From contig CANSAE010000007.1 in NCBI GenBank assembly GCA_947644595.1, positions 63,303 through 95,302 on the forward strand: a stretch of 32,000 nt of DNA, given 5' to 3'. This DNA is from an uncultured Clostridia bacterium (lineage in GTDB: Bacteria > Bacillota > Clostridia > Oscillospirales > Oscillospiraceae). The notes beneath the pieces are model-generated. The model did no database searches and had not been told where the DNA came from. It saw only the letters and a list, made by a program, of their open reading frames with translations. Numbering within the stretch: position 1 is the first letter of the stretch; every line of letters starts with the position of its first letter. Shown here one piece after another: positions 1 through 8,462 of the stretch. The position numbers were made by a program, and so were the translations under genes.

Positions 1-544
1 GCGTGATGACGCCGGCCATGTCCTTGATGCAGAGCGTCTGGCAGCCCATGGCGGTCATTTCCTTGCACAGCTCCACGTACTTTTCCAGGGTATGCACGGG
101 GCTTGTGGTGTAGGAAATGGCGCCGGAGGCCAGCGCGCCGTTTTTCACGGTGGTCTCCACAGCCAGCTTGATGTTGCGCATATCGTTGAGCGCGTCGAAA
201 ATGCGGATAATGTCAATGCCGTTGGCAATGCTGCGCTCCACGAACTTGATGACCACGTCATCGGGGTAGTGCTTGTAACCCAGTAGATTCTGACCGCGCA
301 GAAGCATTTGCAGCTTGGTGCTGGGCATTTCCCTGCGGATGGTCCGCAGGCGCTCCCAGGGATCCTCACTCAGATAGCGCAGGCAGGAATCAAAGGTCGC
401 GCCGCCCCAGCACTCCACGGAGTAGTACCCCGCCTTGTCCATGGTGGACAAAATGGGCTTCATGACCTCCATGGGCATCCGGGTGGCGATCAGAGACTGG
501 TTCGCGTCCCGCAGAACGGTCTCTGTGAATTGTACATTTGCCAT
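1..544 (-). CDS. N-terminal carboxyltransferase part of an oxaloacetate decarboxylase alpha / pyruvate carboxylase subunit B / transcarboxylase 5S-type protein. The gene start is in the window and the 3' end runs off the left edge.
   Basis: Absent from the ORF track because no stop lies in the window. Reverse complement from the ATG at 544-542 reads MANVQFTETVLRDANQSLIATRMPMEVMKPILSTMDKAGYYSVECWGGATFDSCLRYLSEDPWERLRTIRREMP... RDANQS and ECWGGATFD are hallmark motifs of this family. A GAGAGG SD lies about 8 nt upstream. Confidence 0.8.
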   Translation of the reverse strand, partial: MANVQFTETVLRDANQSLIATRMPMEVMKPILSTMDKAGYYSVECWGGATFDSCLRYLSEDPWERLRTIRREMPSTKLQMLLRGQNLLGYKHYPDDVVIKFVERSIANGIDIIRIFDALNDMRNIKLAVETTVKNGALASGAISYTTSPVHTLEKYVELCKEMTAMGCQTLCIKDMAGVIT

Positions 545-569
545 ACTTGTTTCCTCTCTCTTTCGGATT

Positions 570-2135
570 TTAGGCTTTCGGGCCTGCTGCGATGACTTCA
601 GGGGCCATCTTGGTGTACTGCTTGAAGTTATCGACGAAGGACGCCGCCAGCTTTTTGGCGGTCTCTAGATACTGATCCTTATCCTCCCAGGTGTTGGCGG
701 GAATCATCAGCTCATCGGGTACGCCGGGGCAGGTAGTGGGCACGGACACGCCGAAAATGGGGTCTGGCACGAATTCGCTCTTGAGCAGTTCACCTGTCAG
801 CGCGGCGGTGACCATGGCACGGGTGTAGCTGAGCTTCATGCGCTTGCCAGTGCCGTTCCAGCCGGTGTTGATGAGGTACACGCTGGCCCCGGCCTTCTGC
901 ACTTTCTCGGACAGCATCGCCGCGTACACGGACGGGTCTAGGGGCAGGAAGGGCGCGCCGAAGCAGGTAGAGAAAGTGGGCACCGGCTCTTTGATGCCAA
1001 TTTCCGTACCTGCCAGCTTGGAGGTGAAGCCGGACACGAAGTAGTACATGGCCTGGTTTAAATCCAGCTTGGAGATGGGAGGCAGAACGCCGTAAGCGTC
1101 GGCGGTCAGGAAGATGACCGTTTTTGGGACGCTGGGACTCATGCCGGACAGCTCCGCGTTGGGGATATACTCAATGGGGTAGCCTACACGGCTGTTCACC
1201 GCCAAGGAATCGTCGTCAAAGTCGAATTCCCGGGTCTCCGGGTCCATCACAACGTTCTCAACGAGGGAACCGAACTTGATGGCGTTGAAGATTTCCGGCT
1301 CGCTCTCAGCGGAGAGGTTGATGCACTTGGCGTAGCAGCCACCCTCGAAATTGAATACGGAATCGTCCGCCCAGCCGTGCTCGTCATCGCCGATGAGCAT
1401 CCGGTTGGGGTCGGCGGACAGCGTAGTTTTGCCGGTCCCGGACAAGCCGAAGAACACGGCGCTGTCACCGTCGTGCCCGATGTTGGCGGAGCAGTGCATA
1501 GGGAATACACCCTGCTTGGGCAGGATATAGTTCATGATGGAAAACACGGTCTTTTTGATTTCGCCTGCGTACTGGGTGCCGCAGATGATGGCGATATGCT
1601 TTTCATAGTCCAGCATAATGGCGGCTTCGGAATGGGTGCCGTCCCGCTCGGGGACGCATTTGAAGCCGGGAGCGGCGATGATGGTGTAGTCCTCGGCGAA
1701 GCTTGTGAGCTGAGCGGCATCCGGCCGGCGCAGGAGGTTTCGGATGAACAGGGCCTGACTGGCCAGCTCACATACAATACGGAAGGACTTGGTGTATTTC
1801 GGGTCCGCGCCTGCGAAGCCGTCAAACAGGAAAATTTCACGGTTTTGCAGATAGGCGACGACCTTTTCATACAGTGCGTCAAACGTCTCCTGGGTCACGG
1901 GCTTGTTGACCTTGCCCCAGGCGATATCGTCGTGCACGCCCTTGGAATCCACGATGAACTTATCGTTGGCAGAGCGGCCGGTATACTTGCCGGTCTTGAC
2001 CACCAGCGCGCCAGTGTTGCTCAGGGTGCCCTCGCCGCGCATGAGCGCATGCTCCGTGAGCTGAGCCGGGGTGAGGTTCCGGTAGACCACGGTGGGATTG
2101 ATGATGCCGAGTTTCTCAATGCCATAAGTTTCCAT
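570..2135 (-). CDS. pckA: Phosphoenolpyruvate carboxykinase (ATP)
   Basis: 521-aa ORF with the kinase-1a loop FFGLSGTGKTTLS, plus GDDEHGW and INTGWNG motifs typical of ATP-dependent PckA. An AGGAGG SD lies upstream (CATCAGGAGGTCATTATTATG on the coding strand). Confidence 0.95.
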   Translation of the reverse strand: METYGIEKLGIINPTVVYRNLTPAQLTEHALMRGEGTLSNTGALVVKTGKYTGRSANDKFIVDSKGVHDDIAWGKVNKPVTQETFDALYEKVVAYLQNREIFLFDGFAGADPKYTKSFRIVCELASQALFIRNLLRRPDAAQLTSFAEDYTIIAAPGFKCVPERDGTHSEAAIMLDYEKHIAIICGTQYAGEIKKTVFSIMNYILPKQGVFPMHCSANIGHDGDSAVFFGLSGTGKTTLSADPNRMLIGDDEHGWADDSVFNFEGGCYAKCINLSAESEPEIFNAIKFGSLVENVVMDPETREFDFDDDSLAVNSRVGYPIEYIPNAELSGMSPSVPKTVIFLTADAYGVLPPISKLDLNQAMYYFVSGFTSKLAGTEIGIKEPVPTFSTCFGAPFLPLDPSVYAAMLSEKVQKAGASVYLINTGWNGTGKRMKLSYTRAMVTAALTGELLKSEFVPDPIFGVSVPTTCPGVPDELMIPANTWEDKDQYLETAKKLAASFVDNFKQYTKMAPEVIAAGPKA

Positions 2136-2340
2136 AATAATGACCTCCTGATGGCTGAACAGAACTGTCGTTCTGCAAGTTTGGATTGATGGACTTTCAT
2201 ATCTGTCCGTAATTTATCTCATATATAATATATCACAAGGGAGAAAAAATATATAGTGCAAAATGACATAATTTGCCTTGCGGATTGAGACAAATTAAAG
2301 ATTCCACAAAGAATTGCCGGAAAATTCGACATTTCCCGCC

Positions 2341-2369
2341 TTTACGAATGGGAAAAAATGGAGTAAAAT
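2341..2369 (+). promoter_or_regulatory. SigA-type promoter candidate, TTTACG-17 nt-TAAAAT
   Basis: -35 TTTACG at 2341-2346, a 17-nt spacer, -10 TAAAAT at 2364-2369, about 30 nt upstream of the ATG at 2399. Confidence 0.4.
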
Positions 2370-2398
2370 AGAGCACAGACAAGACAGGAGGATATACC

Positions 2399-2572
2399 AT
2401 GAAAAAATTACCGACGATTTTTTTAGGCGTGGGCCTGATTTTGGCGACGATTCCGCGGGTGACGGTGGAAAAGACAGACGACCATTTTCTGCTCACCGTA
2501 GGCGGCGCTATGCCGGAACTCATCGTGCGGTGTAAGGAACGGAAAATAGAAAAGCATCCTGCTGTGAGATAA
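2399..2572 (+). CDS. Small hypothetical membrane or secreted protein (57 aa)
   Basis: Below the ORF-track cutoff. Product: MKKLPTIFLGVGLILATIPRVTVEKTDDHFLLTVGGAMPELIVRCKERKIEKHPAVR. AGGAGG SD at 2386-2391 (7-nt spacing), a promoter candidate upstream, and a terminator stem overlapping the stop codon. The N-terminus is hydrophobic. Confidence 0.45.
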   Translation: MKKLPTIFLGVGLILATIPRVTVEKTDDHFLLTVGGAMPELIVRCKERKIEKHPAVR

Positions 2573-2598
2573 GCTCGCAGCAGGATGCTTTTATTTGT
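2552..2598. terminator. Bidirectional intrinsic terminator between the small ORF (+) and asnA (-)
   Basis: Perfect 13-bp stem AAGCATCCTGCTG (2552-2564) / CAGCAGGATGCTT (2578-2590) with a 13-nt loop. It is followed by TTATTTG on + and by TTCTATTTTCC on the minus-strand reading. Confidence 0.65.
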
Positions 2599-2680
2599 TG
2601 ATGAACACCAGCCCCGTCAGGCACAATAGGTGTGTATCTACTATGGTAGGAGACCATAAATTTGCGTGGAAGTTGTCAAG

Positions 2681-3703
2681 TCACAGCAGCGTGATGCCCT
2701 TTTCCGTGAACGCGTTGTAAGTATCTTTGTCCCAGACGCTGGCCTGTACTTCGCCGATGTGGCAGTTGCCCAGCAGCAGCATGCACATCCGGCTTTGTCC
2801 GATACCGCCGCCCATGGTAAGGGGCAGCTCATCGTTGAGCACCATCTGATGAAACGGCAGTGCCCGTCGGTCGTCGCAGCCGGCAAGAGTCAGCTGACGG
2901 TCCATGGCCTCCGCGTCCACCCGGATGCCCATGGAGCTGAGCTCAAAGGCGCGGTCCAGCGTATCGTTCCAAAACAGAATGTCCCCGTTGAGCGACCAAT
3001 CATCATAGTCTGGGGCGCGCCCGTCGTGGGGCTTGCCGGACTTCAGCGCCCCGCCGATCTGCATCAGGAACACAGTCTTAGTGCCGGTGTCCCGCATGAA
3101 CTGGGTTTCCTTTTCCCCGGAGGTGAGGTTTTGCCCGGTATAGCGGTCTTCCAGCTCCTGAGCGGTGACGAACTTCACATGCCGGTCCAGCTTCGTGCGA
3201 ATTTGCGGGAATTCCAGCTGCAAAGATTCGTGCGTGTCGCAGATGGCGTACACGATGCGCTGAGCGGTATCCATCAAGGTCTCCAAGGTTCGCTCTTCCC
3301 GGGTGATGATTTTTTCCCAGTCCCACTGGTCCACATAGGCGGAGTGGAGGTTGTCAAAGGGGGATTCCTCCGGCCGGATGGCGTTCATGTCACAGTACAG
3401 CCCATTGCCCGGGTGGAAGTCATACCGCTTCAAGGCCAGCCGCTTCCACTTGGCCAGGGACTGTACGATCTCCACCTGTACCCCCAGTGCAGGGATGGAG
3501 AAGGATACGGGATGTTCTACACCGTTGAGATTGTCGTTCAGCCCCGACGCTGTGGTGACAAACAGCGGAGCGGACACCCGCTTCAGATTCAGCTGCCGCC
3601 GCAGATGCAGCTGAAAGTGAGATTTGATATATTCAATGGCACGCTGCAAATCGTAGTGCTCCAGCGGCGGCGTATAGCCTTGAGGGATATAGACAGTGTT
3701 CAT
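2681..3703 (-). CDS. asnA: Aspartate--ammonia ligase (asparagine synthetase A)
   Basis: Product from the internal Met (MNTVYIPQGYTPPLEHYDLQRAIEYIKSHF...) is colinear with AsnA. Matches include SLAKWKR, VDQWDWEK, RAPDYDDWSLNGDILFWN, FELSSMGIRVD and GGGIGQSRMCMLLL. The start at 3703 was chosen over the track start 3823 because of a GAGGTAAG SD and the promoter at 3733-3761. Confidence 0.9.
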   Translation of the reverse strand: MNTVYIPQGYTPPLEHYDLQRAIEYIKSHFQLHLRRQLNLKRVSAPLFVTTASGLNDNLNGVEHPVSFSIPALGVQVEIVQSLAKWKRLALKRYDFHPGNGLYCDMNAIRPEESPFDNLHSAYVDQWDWEKIITREERTLETLMDTAQRIVYAICDTHESLQLEFPQIRTKLDRHVKFVTAQELEDRYTGQNLTSGEKETQFMRDTGTKTVFLMQIGGALKSGKPHDGRAPDYDDWSLNGDILFWNDTLDRAFELSSMGIRVDAEAMDRQLTLAGCDDRRALPFHQMVLNDELPLTMGGGIGQSRMCMLLLGNCHIGEVQASVWDKDTYNAFTEKGITLL

Positions 3704-3732
3704 GTAACTTACCTCGTATGGATGATTCCAAC

Positions 3733-3761
3733 AGTATACGGCGTTTTGCCATAGAATGCAA
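3733..3761 (-). promoter_or_regulatory. asnA promoter candidate, TTGCAT-17 nt-TATACT
   Basis: On the minus strand: -35 TTGCAT (3761-3756), a 17-nt spacer, -10 TATACT (3738-3733). Confidence 0.5.
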
Positions 3762-3771
3762 CGCTTTTTTA

Positions 3772-3801
3772 TTGACATGGGACGCGGCTTTGTATTATGA
3801 T
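3772..3801 (+). promoter_or_regulatory. Promoter candidate for the SDR gene
   Basis: TTGACA at 3772-3777, then TATTAT (3793-3798, 15-nt spacer) or TATGAT (3796-3801, 18-nt spacer). Confidence 0.4.
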
Positions 3802-3840
3802 GATAAAAAGAAAAATTTAACAAGGGAAAGGAGAAACGCT

Positions 3841-4665
3841 ATGGGAAATTTGTTTGATTTGACGGGGAAAGTGGCCGTCATCACCGGGTCCAGCTCCGGA
3901 ATCGGCGCGGGCATCGCGGAGGTGTTCGCCGAACAGGGGGCGCATGTGATCATCTGCGGACGCACGCCCAAGCGGGCCAAAGGCGTTGTGGACGGCATCG
4001 TGGCCAAGGGTGGCAAGGCCAGCTTCCACGCGCTGGAGGCCAAGGACGAGGCGTCCATTAAAGCATTGATCGAGGACACTGCAAAAGAATTCGGCAGGAT
4101 CGACATCCTGGTGAACAACGCCGCCAACACCACCGGCCACGGCTTGACGGACGTGAAGGTGGCGGATGTGGACACAGAGGTATGGGACGACGTGATGATG
4201 AGCGACCTGCGCAGCGTGTTTCTGGCGTGCAAATACGTCATTCCCTACATGCAAAAGCAGGGAGGCGGTGCCATCGTGAATACCGGCAGTACCGGCGCCG
4301 CGGCAGGCAACCGCAGCCAAAGCGCTTATTCCGTGGCCAAGGGCGGCATTGAGATGCTCACCCGGAACGTGGCTTATCAGTACGGCAAGGATAATATCCG
4401 CTGCAACTGTATCCGCCCGGGCCTCATCATCCACGGGCGCAATGACCGTCTGGCGCCCCAATTCATGCGGGACATTTTCCTTAAGGAGATCGAAGTGAAC
4501 CGCTACGGCTGCCCCCGGGACATTGGGTATATGGCTCTGTTCCTGGCCAGTGACGAAGCGGCGTTTGTTACCTCCCAGATCATCGACGTGGACGGCGGCA
4601 TGTTCAGCCATGCTCCCCAGAATACACCCATGAACGAAGCGGAAGTGAATATGACGGCACAGTAG
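3841..4665 (+). CDS. Short-chain dehydrogenase/reductase (classical SDR; 3-oxoacyl-ACP reductase / glucose dehydrogenase-like)
   Basis: TGSSSGIGAG cofactor motif, NNAA, and catalytic YSVAKGG (YxxxK). The start at 3841 (MGNLFDLTGKVAVITG) has a GGAAAGGAG SD. The track start at 3718 would add a non-homologous extension. Confidence 0.85.
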   Translation: MGNLFDLTGKVAVITGSSSGIGAGIAEVFAEQGAHVIICGRTPKRAKGVVDGIVAKGGKASFHALEAKDEASIKALIEDTAKEFGRIDILVNNAANTTGHGLTDVKVADVDTEVWDDVMMSDLRSVFLACKYVIPYMQKQGGGAIVNTGSTGAAAGNRSQSAYSVAKGGIEMLTRNVAYQYGKDNIRCNCIRPGLIIHGRNDRLAPQFMRDIFLKEIEVNRYGCPRDIGYMALFLASDEAAFVTSQIIDVDGGMFSHAPQNTPMNEAEVNMTAQ

Positions 4666-4680
4666 AGTCAACGGGAAGAA

Positions 4681-4710
4681 GGAAGCATCTCTGGATGCTT
4701 CCTTTTTATT
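4681..4710 (+). terminator. Intrinsic terminator after the SDR gene
   Basis: GGAAGCATC-tctg-GATGCTTCC followed by TTTTTATT. Confidence 0.65.
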
Positions 4711-4768
4711 GGCCAGGTCTTGACAGATGTGATACAATATAAAATCAATACAACAAAGAAAGTAAGAC

Positions 4769-5632
4769 ATGACCATGAAAGAAATTTTTCTGGATGCGTT
4801 GAAAGACAGCGTCATCCTCATCCCGTTTCTGTTTTTGACCTATCTGCTGCTGGAAGCGCTGGAGGCCCACGTCAGCGAAAAAATGGCAAAGAGCGTCGGT
4901 ACCAGCCGGTGGTTCGACCCGATTTTGGGCGCGGTGTTGGGTGTCGTGCCGGAGTGCGGATTTTCCGCGGCGGCATCCAGCTTATTTTCTGGTGGCGCGC
5001 TGACTATCGGCACGCTGGTGGCGGTATTTCTGGCCACCAGTGACGAGATGTTGCCCATTTTTATTTCTGAAAATGCGCCTCTGCCCTTTATCATCAAGGT
5101 GCTGGCGGTGAAAGTCGGCTTCGCCGCCGCGGTGGGCCTGGTGTTGAATATCGTTTTTGCCAAGCGCAACCGGGCGGCCCGGCAGGCGGAGGAAGAGCGC
5201 ATCGAGGAGCTGTGCGAGAACAGCCACTGCGCCTGTACGGAGCACGAGGGCATCGTGAAGCCGGCGCTGATCCACACCGTGGAAATCGTGGCCTTTGTTC
5301 TGTCGGTGAACCTGATTTTGAACACCATCGTAGCCATCGGCGGCGGCGCGGTGCTGGAGAGCATGGCCATCGGCAACCCGTTTCTGGCCTGCGTGGTCAT
5401 GGGCCTGGTGGGCCTGGTGCCCAACTGTGCGGTGAGCGTGGCCATCACAGAGCTGTACCTGAGCGGCACGCTGTCCGCCGGGGCGATGCTCTCGGGGCTG
5501 CTGGCCGGCTCCGGTGTGGGGATGCTGGTGCTGTTCCGCACCAACCGGCACACAAAAGAGAATCTCACCATCCTGGGCGTCACCTATCTGGCCGGCATCC
5601 TAGGGGGATATATCGGAGGGTTTTTGTTCTGA
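4769..5632 (+). CDS. Polytopic membrane protein, probably of the family annotated as putative manganese / heavy-metal exporter (ArsP_2-like); family assignment is from memory
   Basis: 287 aa with many hydrophobic segments. The N-terminus IFLDALKDSVILIPFLFLTYLLLEALE and the PECGFSAAASSLFSGGALTIGTLVAVFLATSDE segment resemble that family. There is a central charged, Cys/His-containing loop (CENSHCACTEHEG). Confidence 0.6.
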   Translation: MTMKEIFLDALKDSVILIPFLFLTYLLLEALEAHVSEKMAKSVGTSRWFDPILGAVLGVVPECGFSAAASSLFSGGALTIGTLVAVFLATSDEMLPIFISENAPLPFIIKVLAVKVGFAAAVGLVLNIVFAKRNRAARQAEEERIEELCENSHCACTEHEGIVKPALIHTVEIVAFVLSVNLILNTIVAIGGGAVLESMAIGNPFLACVVMGLVGLVPNCAVSVAITELYLSGTLSAGAMLSGLLAGSGVGMLVLFRTNRHTKENLTILGVTYLAGILGGYIGGFLF

Positions 5633-6663
5633 TGATTTATTTTCAATGTGATTACGCCGAGGGCTGCCATCCCGCGGTGCTGCAAAAACTCATAGAGACC
5701 AACCTGGAGCAGTCCGAGGGCTACGGCATGGATGCCCACTGTGACCGCGCCCGGGCGCTGATCCGGGAAGCCTGCGGCACCCCAGAGGCGGACGTGCACT
5801 TCCTCGTGGGCGGCACCCAGACCAACACCACGGTCATCGCGTCCATTCTGCGCCCCCACCAGGGGGTCATTGCCGCGGATACGGGGCACATTGCCTGCCA
5901 CGAGACCGGCGCCATCGAGGCCGCGGGCCACAAGGTGCTCACTGTCCCCAATGAAAACGGTCTGCTCAGCGGCGACCAGATCCGGACCTATTGTCGGGGC
6001 CATTACGACGATGCGGCCTTTGAGCACATGCCCCAGCCGGGGATGGTGTATATTTCCTACCCCACGGAAAGCGGCACCCTGTACACGAAAGCGCAGTTGG
6101 AGGACATCTCTGCCGCCTGCCGGGAATGGGACCTGCCCCTGTTCATCGACGGCGCCCGCCTGGGCTACGGCCTGATGAGCCCCGCCTGCGACCTGACATT
6201 GGCGGAACTGGCCCGCCTGTGCGACGCATTTTACATCGGAGGCACCAAGTGCGGCGCGCTGTTCGGCGAAGCGGTGGTCATCACCAACCCGGCGCTGAAA
6301 AAAGACTTCCGCTACAGCATCAAGCAGCACGGCGGGATGCTGGCGAAGGGCCGCCTTTTGGGCGTGCAGTACGAGGCGCTGATGGAAAACAATCTGTACT
6401 TCACCATCTGCAAGCAGGCGGTGGACTACGCCCTGGAACTCCGGGACGCGTTCGCCCGCAAGGGCGTGCCCCTGTTCGGCACATCGCAGACCAACCAGCA
6501 GTTTGTCATCCTGACCGACGCTCAGCGCGCGCAGTTTGACGGTAAATTCGCCTACGAGGTCTGGTGCCCTGCGGAACACGGCGCCGTCGTCCGCTTTTGT
6601 ACCAGCTGGGCCACCACCCGGGAGAATGTGGACGCTTTGCTGTCGGCCATTGAAACTTTGTAA
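5632..6663 (+). CDS. PLP-dependent threonine aldolase / beta-eliminating lyase family protein
   Basis: MIYFQCDYAEGCHPAVLQKL..., GGTQTN, and YIGGTKCGA (PLP lysine). The ATG at 5632 overlaps the upstream stop (TGATG), with a GGAGGG SD. Track ORF 5212 is a spurious 5' extension through the membrane-protein gene. Confidence 0.8.
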   Translation: MIYFQCDYAEGCHPAVLQKLIETNLEQSEGYGMDAHCDRARALIREACGTPEADVHFLVGGTQTNTTVIASILRPHQGVIAADTGHIACHETGAIEAAGHKVLTVPNENGLLSGDQIRTYCRGHYDDAAFEHMPQPGMVYISYPTESGTLYTKAQLEDISAACREWDLPLFIDGARLGYGLMSPACDLTLAELARLCDAFYIGGTKCGALFGEAVVITNPALKKDFRYSIKQHGGMLAKGRLLGVQYEALMENNLYFTICKQAVDYALELRDAFARKGVPLFGTSQTNQQFVILTDAQRAQFDGKFAYEVWCPAEHGAVVRFCTSWATTRENVDALLSAIETL

Positions 6664-6671
6664 AAAACCTC

Positions 6672-6702
6672 TTGACTCTCACGTTCCGTCATAGCGTATG
6701 AT
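6672..6702 (+). promoter_or_regulatory. MerR-type promoter candidate with a 19-bp spacer
   Basis: TTGACT (6672-6677), a 19-nt spacer containing the dyad ACGttcCGT (6681-6689), then TATGAT (6697-6702), directly upstream of the MerR-family gene. Confidence 0.45.
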
Positions 6703-6727
6703 GTCCTTACACGGGAGGAGGGACGAC

Positions 6728-7447
6728 ATGACCGTTCAGGAAGTGAGCCGCATCGCGGGGGTGAGCGTACGCACCCTGCACTATTACGACCAAATCGGCC
6801 TGCTGCCCCCGTCGCGGGTGACGGAAGCCGGCTACCGGCTGTATGACGATACGGCCCTGGAGCGCTTGCAGCAGATTTTGCTCTTCCGGGAACTGGAATT
6901 TCCCCTGAAGGACATCAAGACCATTCTGGACAGCCCGAACTTCGACCGAGAAGAGGCGCTGTCCCGGCAAATCGAATTGCTGACGCTGAAAAAGGAACGT
7001 CTGGAACGGCTCATTGCCCATGCCCGTGAAATTCAAGAGACAGGAGCGAACACCATGGAATTTCAGGCATTTGACACGTCGAAGATTGCTGCCTACACCG
7101 CTGTGGCCAAGGCCCAATGGGGCGGCACGGCGGCTTATCAGGAGTACGAGGAAAAGACCGACGGACAACCGGAGGACGCGCAGACGCGGACCGCCGCGGG
7201 ATTGATGGACGTGTTCCGGGACTTCGGCCCCCTGCGCGGCCAATCGCCGGACAGCCCGGCAGTGCAGGCGCAGGTCAAGGTCCTGCGGGACTACCTGACC
7301 GCCTATTATTACACCTGTACGCCGGAAATTTTGGCGGGCCTCGGCAAACTGTACGCGGAAGGGGAATTCGCTGAGAACATTGACAAAGCCGGTGGCTCCG
7401 GCACCGCGGCGCTGGTCAGCGCGGCCATTGAGCACTATTGCAAATAA
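6728..7447 (+). CDS. MerR-family transcriptional regulator with a TipAS/Mta-like C-terminal effector domain
   Basis: N-terminus MTVQEVSRIAGVSVRTLHYYDQIGLL (MerR HTH), then a coiled-coil and a roughly 130-aa C-terminal domain. The start at 6728 has a GGGAGGAGGG SD. Confidence 0.85.
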   Translation: MTVQEVSRIAGVSVRTLHYYDQIGLLPPSRVTEAGYRLYDDTALERLQQILLFRELEFPLKDIKTILDSPNFDREEALSRQIELLTLKKERLERLIAHAREIQETGANTMEFQAFDTSKIAAYTAVAKAQWGGTAAYQEYEEKTDGQPEDAQTRTAAGLMDVFRDFGPLRGQSPDSPAVQAQVKVLRDYLTAYYYTCTPEILAGLGKLYAEGEFAENIDKAGGSGTAALVSAAIEHYCK

Positions 7448-7450
7448 AAA

Positions 7451-7480
7451 AAGACCTCACCGAAGGGTGAGGTCTTTTTC
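7451..7480 (+). terminator. Intrinsic terminator after the MerR gene
   Basis: AAGACCTCACC-gaag-GGTGAGGTCTT running into TTTTTC. Confidence 0.7.
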
Positions 7481-7492
7481 CCTGTCCGTACT

Positions 7493-7521
7493 TTGACAAA
7501 AAGGGAAAACAGGTGTATACT
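7493..7521 (+). promoter_or_regulatory. Near-consensus SigA promoter for degV, TTGACA-17 nt-TATACT
   Basis: TTGACA at 7493-7498, a 17-nt spacer, TATACT at 7516-7521, about 40 nt upstream of the start at 7563. Confidence 0.6.
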
Positions 7522-7562
7522 AAACATAGAAAACAGGCAGATTTTGGAGGTGCAATCCCATC

Positions 7563-8423
7563 ATGAGCATCAAAATATCCACCAATTCCACTGCCGATAT
7601 CCCCGCAGAACTCCAACGGGGACTAAACATCACCGTGCTGCCTCTGACCATCCTTACGGAGGACGGCAGATCCTATTGGGACGGCGTGGACCTGACGGCG
7701 CAGGCCTGCATTGAACTGCTGGAAAACAGCGTGAAACTGCCGGTCTCGGCGGCGGTCACGCCCAGTGAGTATCTGGAATTTTTCGAACGTGCCCTGGCAG
7801 AAGGCTGCACGGACCTGTTGCACATTTCACTGGGGTCAAAGGGCTCGGCCACCTTCCAGAACGCCGGGTTGGCGCGGACCATGTTTTACGACGAGCACCC
7901 AAACGCGCCTATGCACATTCATTTGTTCGATTCCCTTAATTACAGTGAGGCCTACGGCATGGCGGTGGTGGAAGCCGCCCGCATGGTCAAGCGGGGCGCG
8001 TCAGTCGCGGAGATCAGCGCTTATATTGAGGATTGGCTGGCCCATGCCCGCATCGTGCTGGTGCCCTTCAACCTACGCTATGCCCGGAAGTCCGGGCGGG
8101 TCCCCGCTGTGGCGGCCATGCTGGGGGACGCACTGGGCATCAAGCCCATCGTCGCCATTGAAGACGGCGTGTCCAAAATTCTGGCGAAGGTGCGGGGAGA
8201 GCGCAACGCGATCCGCAAGCTCATTGAGATCGTCAAGACCGAGCGCAGGCCCGGCACCCGCTATGTAACGGCCTACGGTATGCCCTCTCCCCGGTATGAT
8301 ACATTCAAGTCCGGCCTGGTGGAGGCTCTGGGAGAAGCACCGGAGTATGAGTACGAAGCAGGCTGCGTTATCATGACCCATGTAGGTCCGGATACCGTCG
8401 GCGTCGTATACTATCAGGCATAA
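7563..8423 (+). CDS. degV: DegV-family fatty-acid-binding protein
   Basis: 286 aa. The N-terminus ISTNSTADIPAEL...ITVLPLTI..EDGRSYWDG matches the DegV pattern (TDSTADLP...VPL), and length and architecture are typical. Confidence 0.85.
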   Translation: MSIKISTNSTADIPAELQRGLNITVLPLTILTEDGRSYWDGVDLTAQACIELLENSVKLPVSAAVTPSEYLEFFERALAEGCTDLLHISLGSKGSATFQNAGLARTMFYDEHPNAPMHIHLFDSLNYSEAYGMAVVEAARMVKRGASVAEISAYIEDWLAHARIVLVPFNLRYARKSGRVPAVAAMLGDALGIKPIVAIEDGVSKILAKVRGERNAIRKLIEIVKTERRPGTRYVTAYGMPSPRYDTFKSGLVEALGEAPEYEYEAGCVIMTHVGPDTVGVVYYQA

Positions 8424-8433
8424 TGCAAAAAAG

Positions 8434-8459
8434 AACGGCCTCCCTTCAGGGAGGCCGTT
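8434..8459. terminator. Bidirectional intrinsic terminator between degV (+) and the asparaginase gene (-)
   Basis: AACGGCCTCCC-ttca-GGGAGGCCGTT. An A-run upstream gives the U-tract for the minus-strand transcript, and GCTTTATT lies downstream on +. Confidence 0.7.
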
Positions 8460-8462
8460 GCT

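Noticed and set aside
1377-2189. 270-aa plus-strand ORF antisense to pckA. Similar long shadow ORFs include 2666-3754 (+), 3817-4821 (-), 5584-6579 (-), 6707-7435 (-), 8604-9923 (+), 9593-10183 (+), 13636-14181 (-), 15558-16211 (-), 16844-17539 (+) and 28195-29022 (-).
   Set aside because: Each lies opposite or out of frame to a gene with clear family motifs. Their products are Arg/Gly/Ala/Pro/His-rich low-complexity sequence typical of off-frame translation of GC-rich DNA, and they lack SD sequences. The ORF at 15558-16211 would also run through tRNA-Ser.
2233-2535. Track ORFs 2233-2523 (-) and 2314-2535 (+) in the pckA-asnA intergenic region.
   Set aside because: They have no SD and implausible composition. 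The 57-aa ORF at 2399-2572, with promoter, AGGAGG SD and terminator, explains the region better.
4721-4746. TTGACA at 4721-4726 as the -35 of a promoter for the membrane-protein gene.
   Set aside because: The nearest -10-like hexamers (TATAAA 4739-4744, TAAAAT 4741-4746) give spacers of only 12-14 nt, so a canonical promoter cannot be supported from the sequence.
5212-5631. N-terminal 140-codon extension of the threonine-aldolase-like ORF. Similar 5' extensions occur in the track ORFs at 3718, 3823, 6698, 19441, 21559, 22816, 23321, 23968, 26025, 27062, 29573 and 30111.
   Set aside because: The extensions overlap the upstream gene in another frame and add non-homologous sequence. Internal starts with good SDs, or ATGA/TGATG coupling to the upstream stop, give products that begin where family homology begins.
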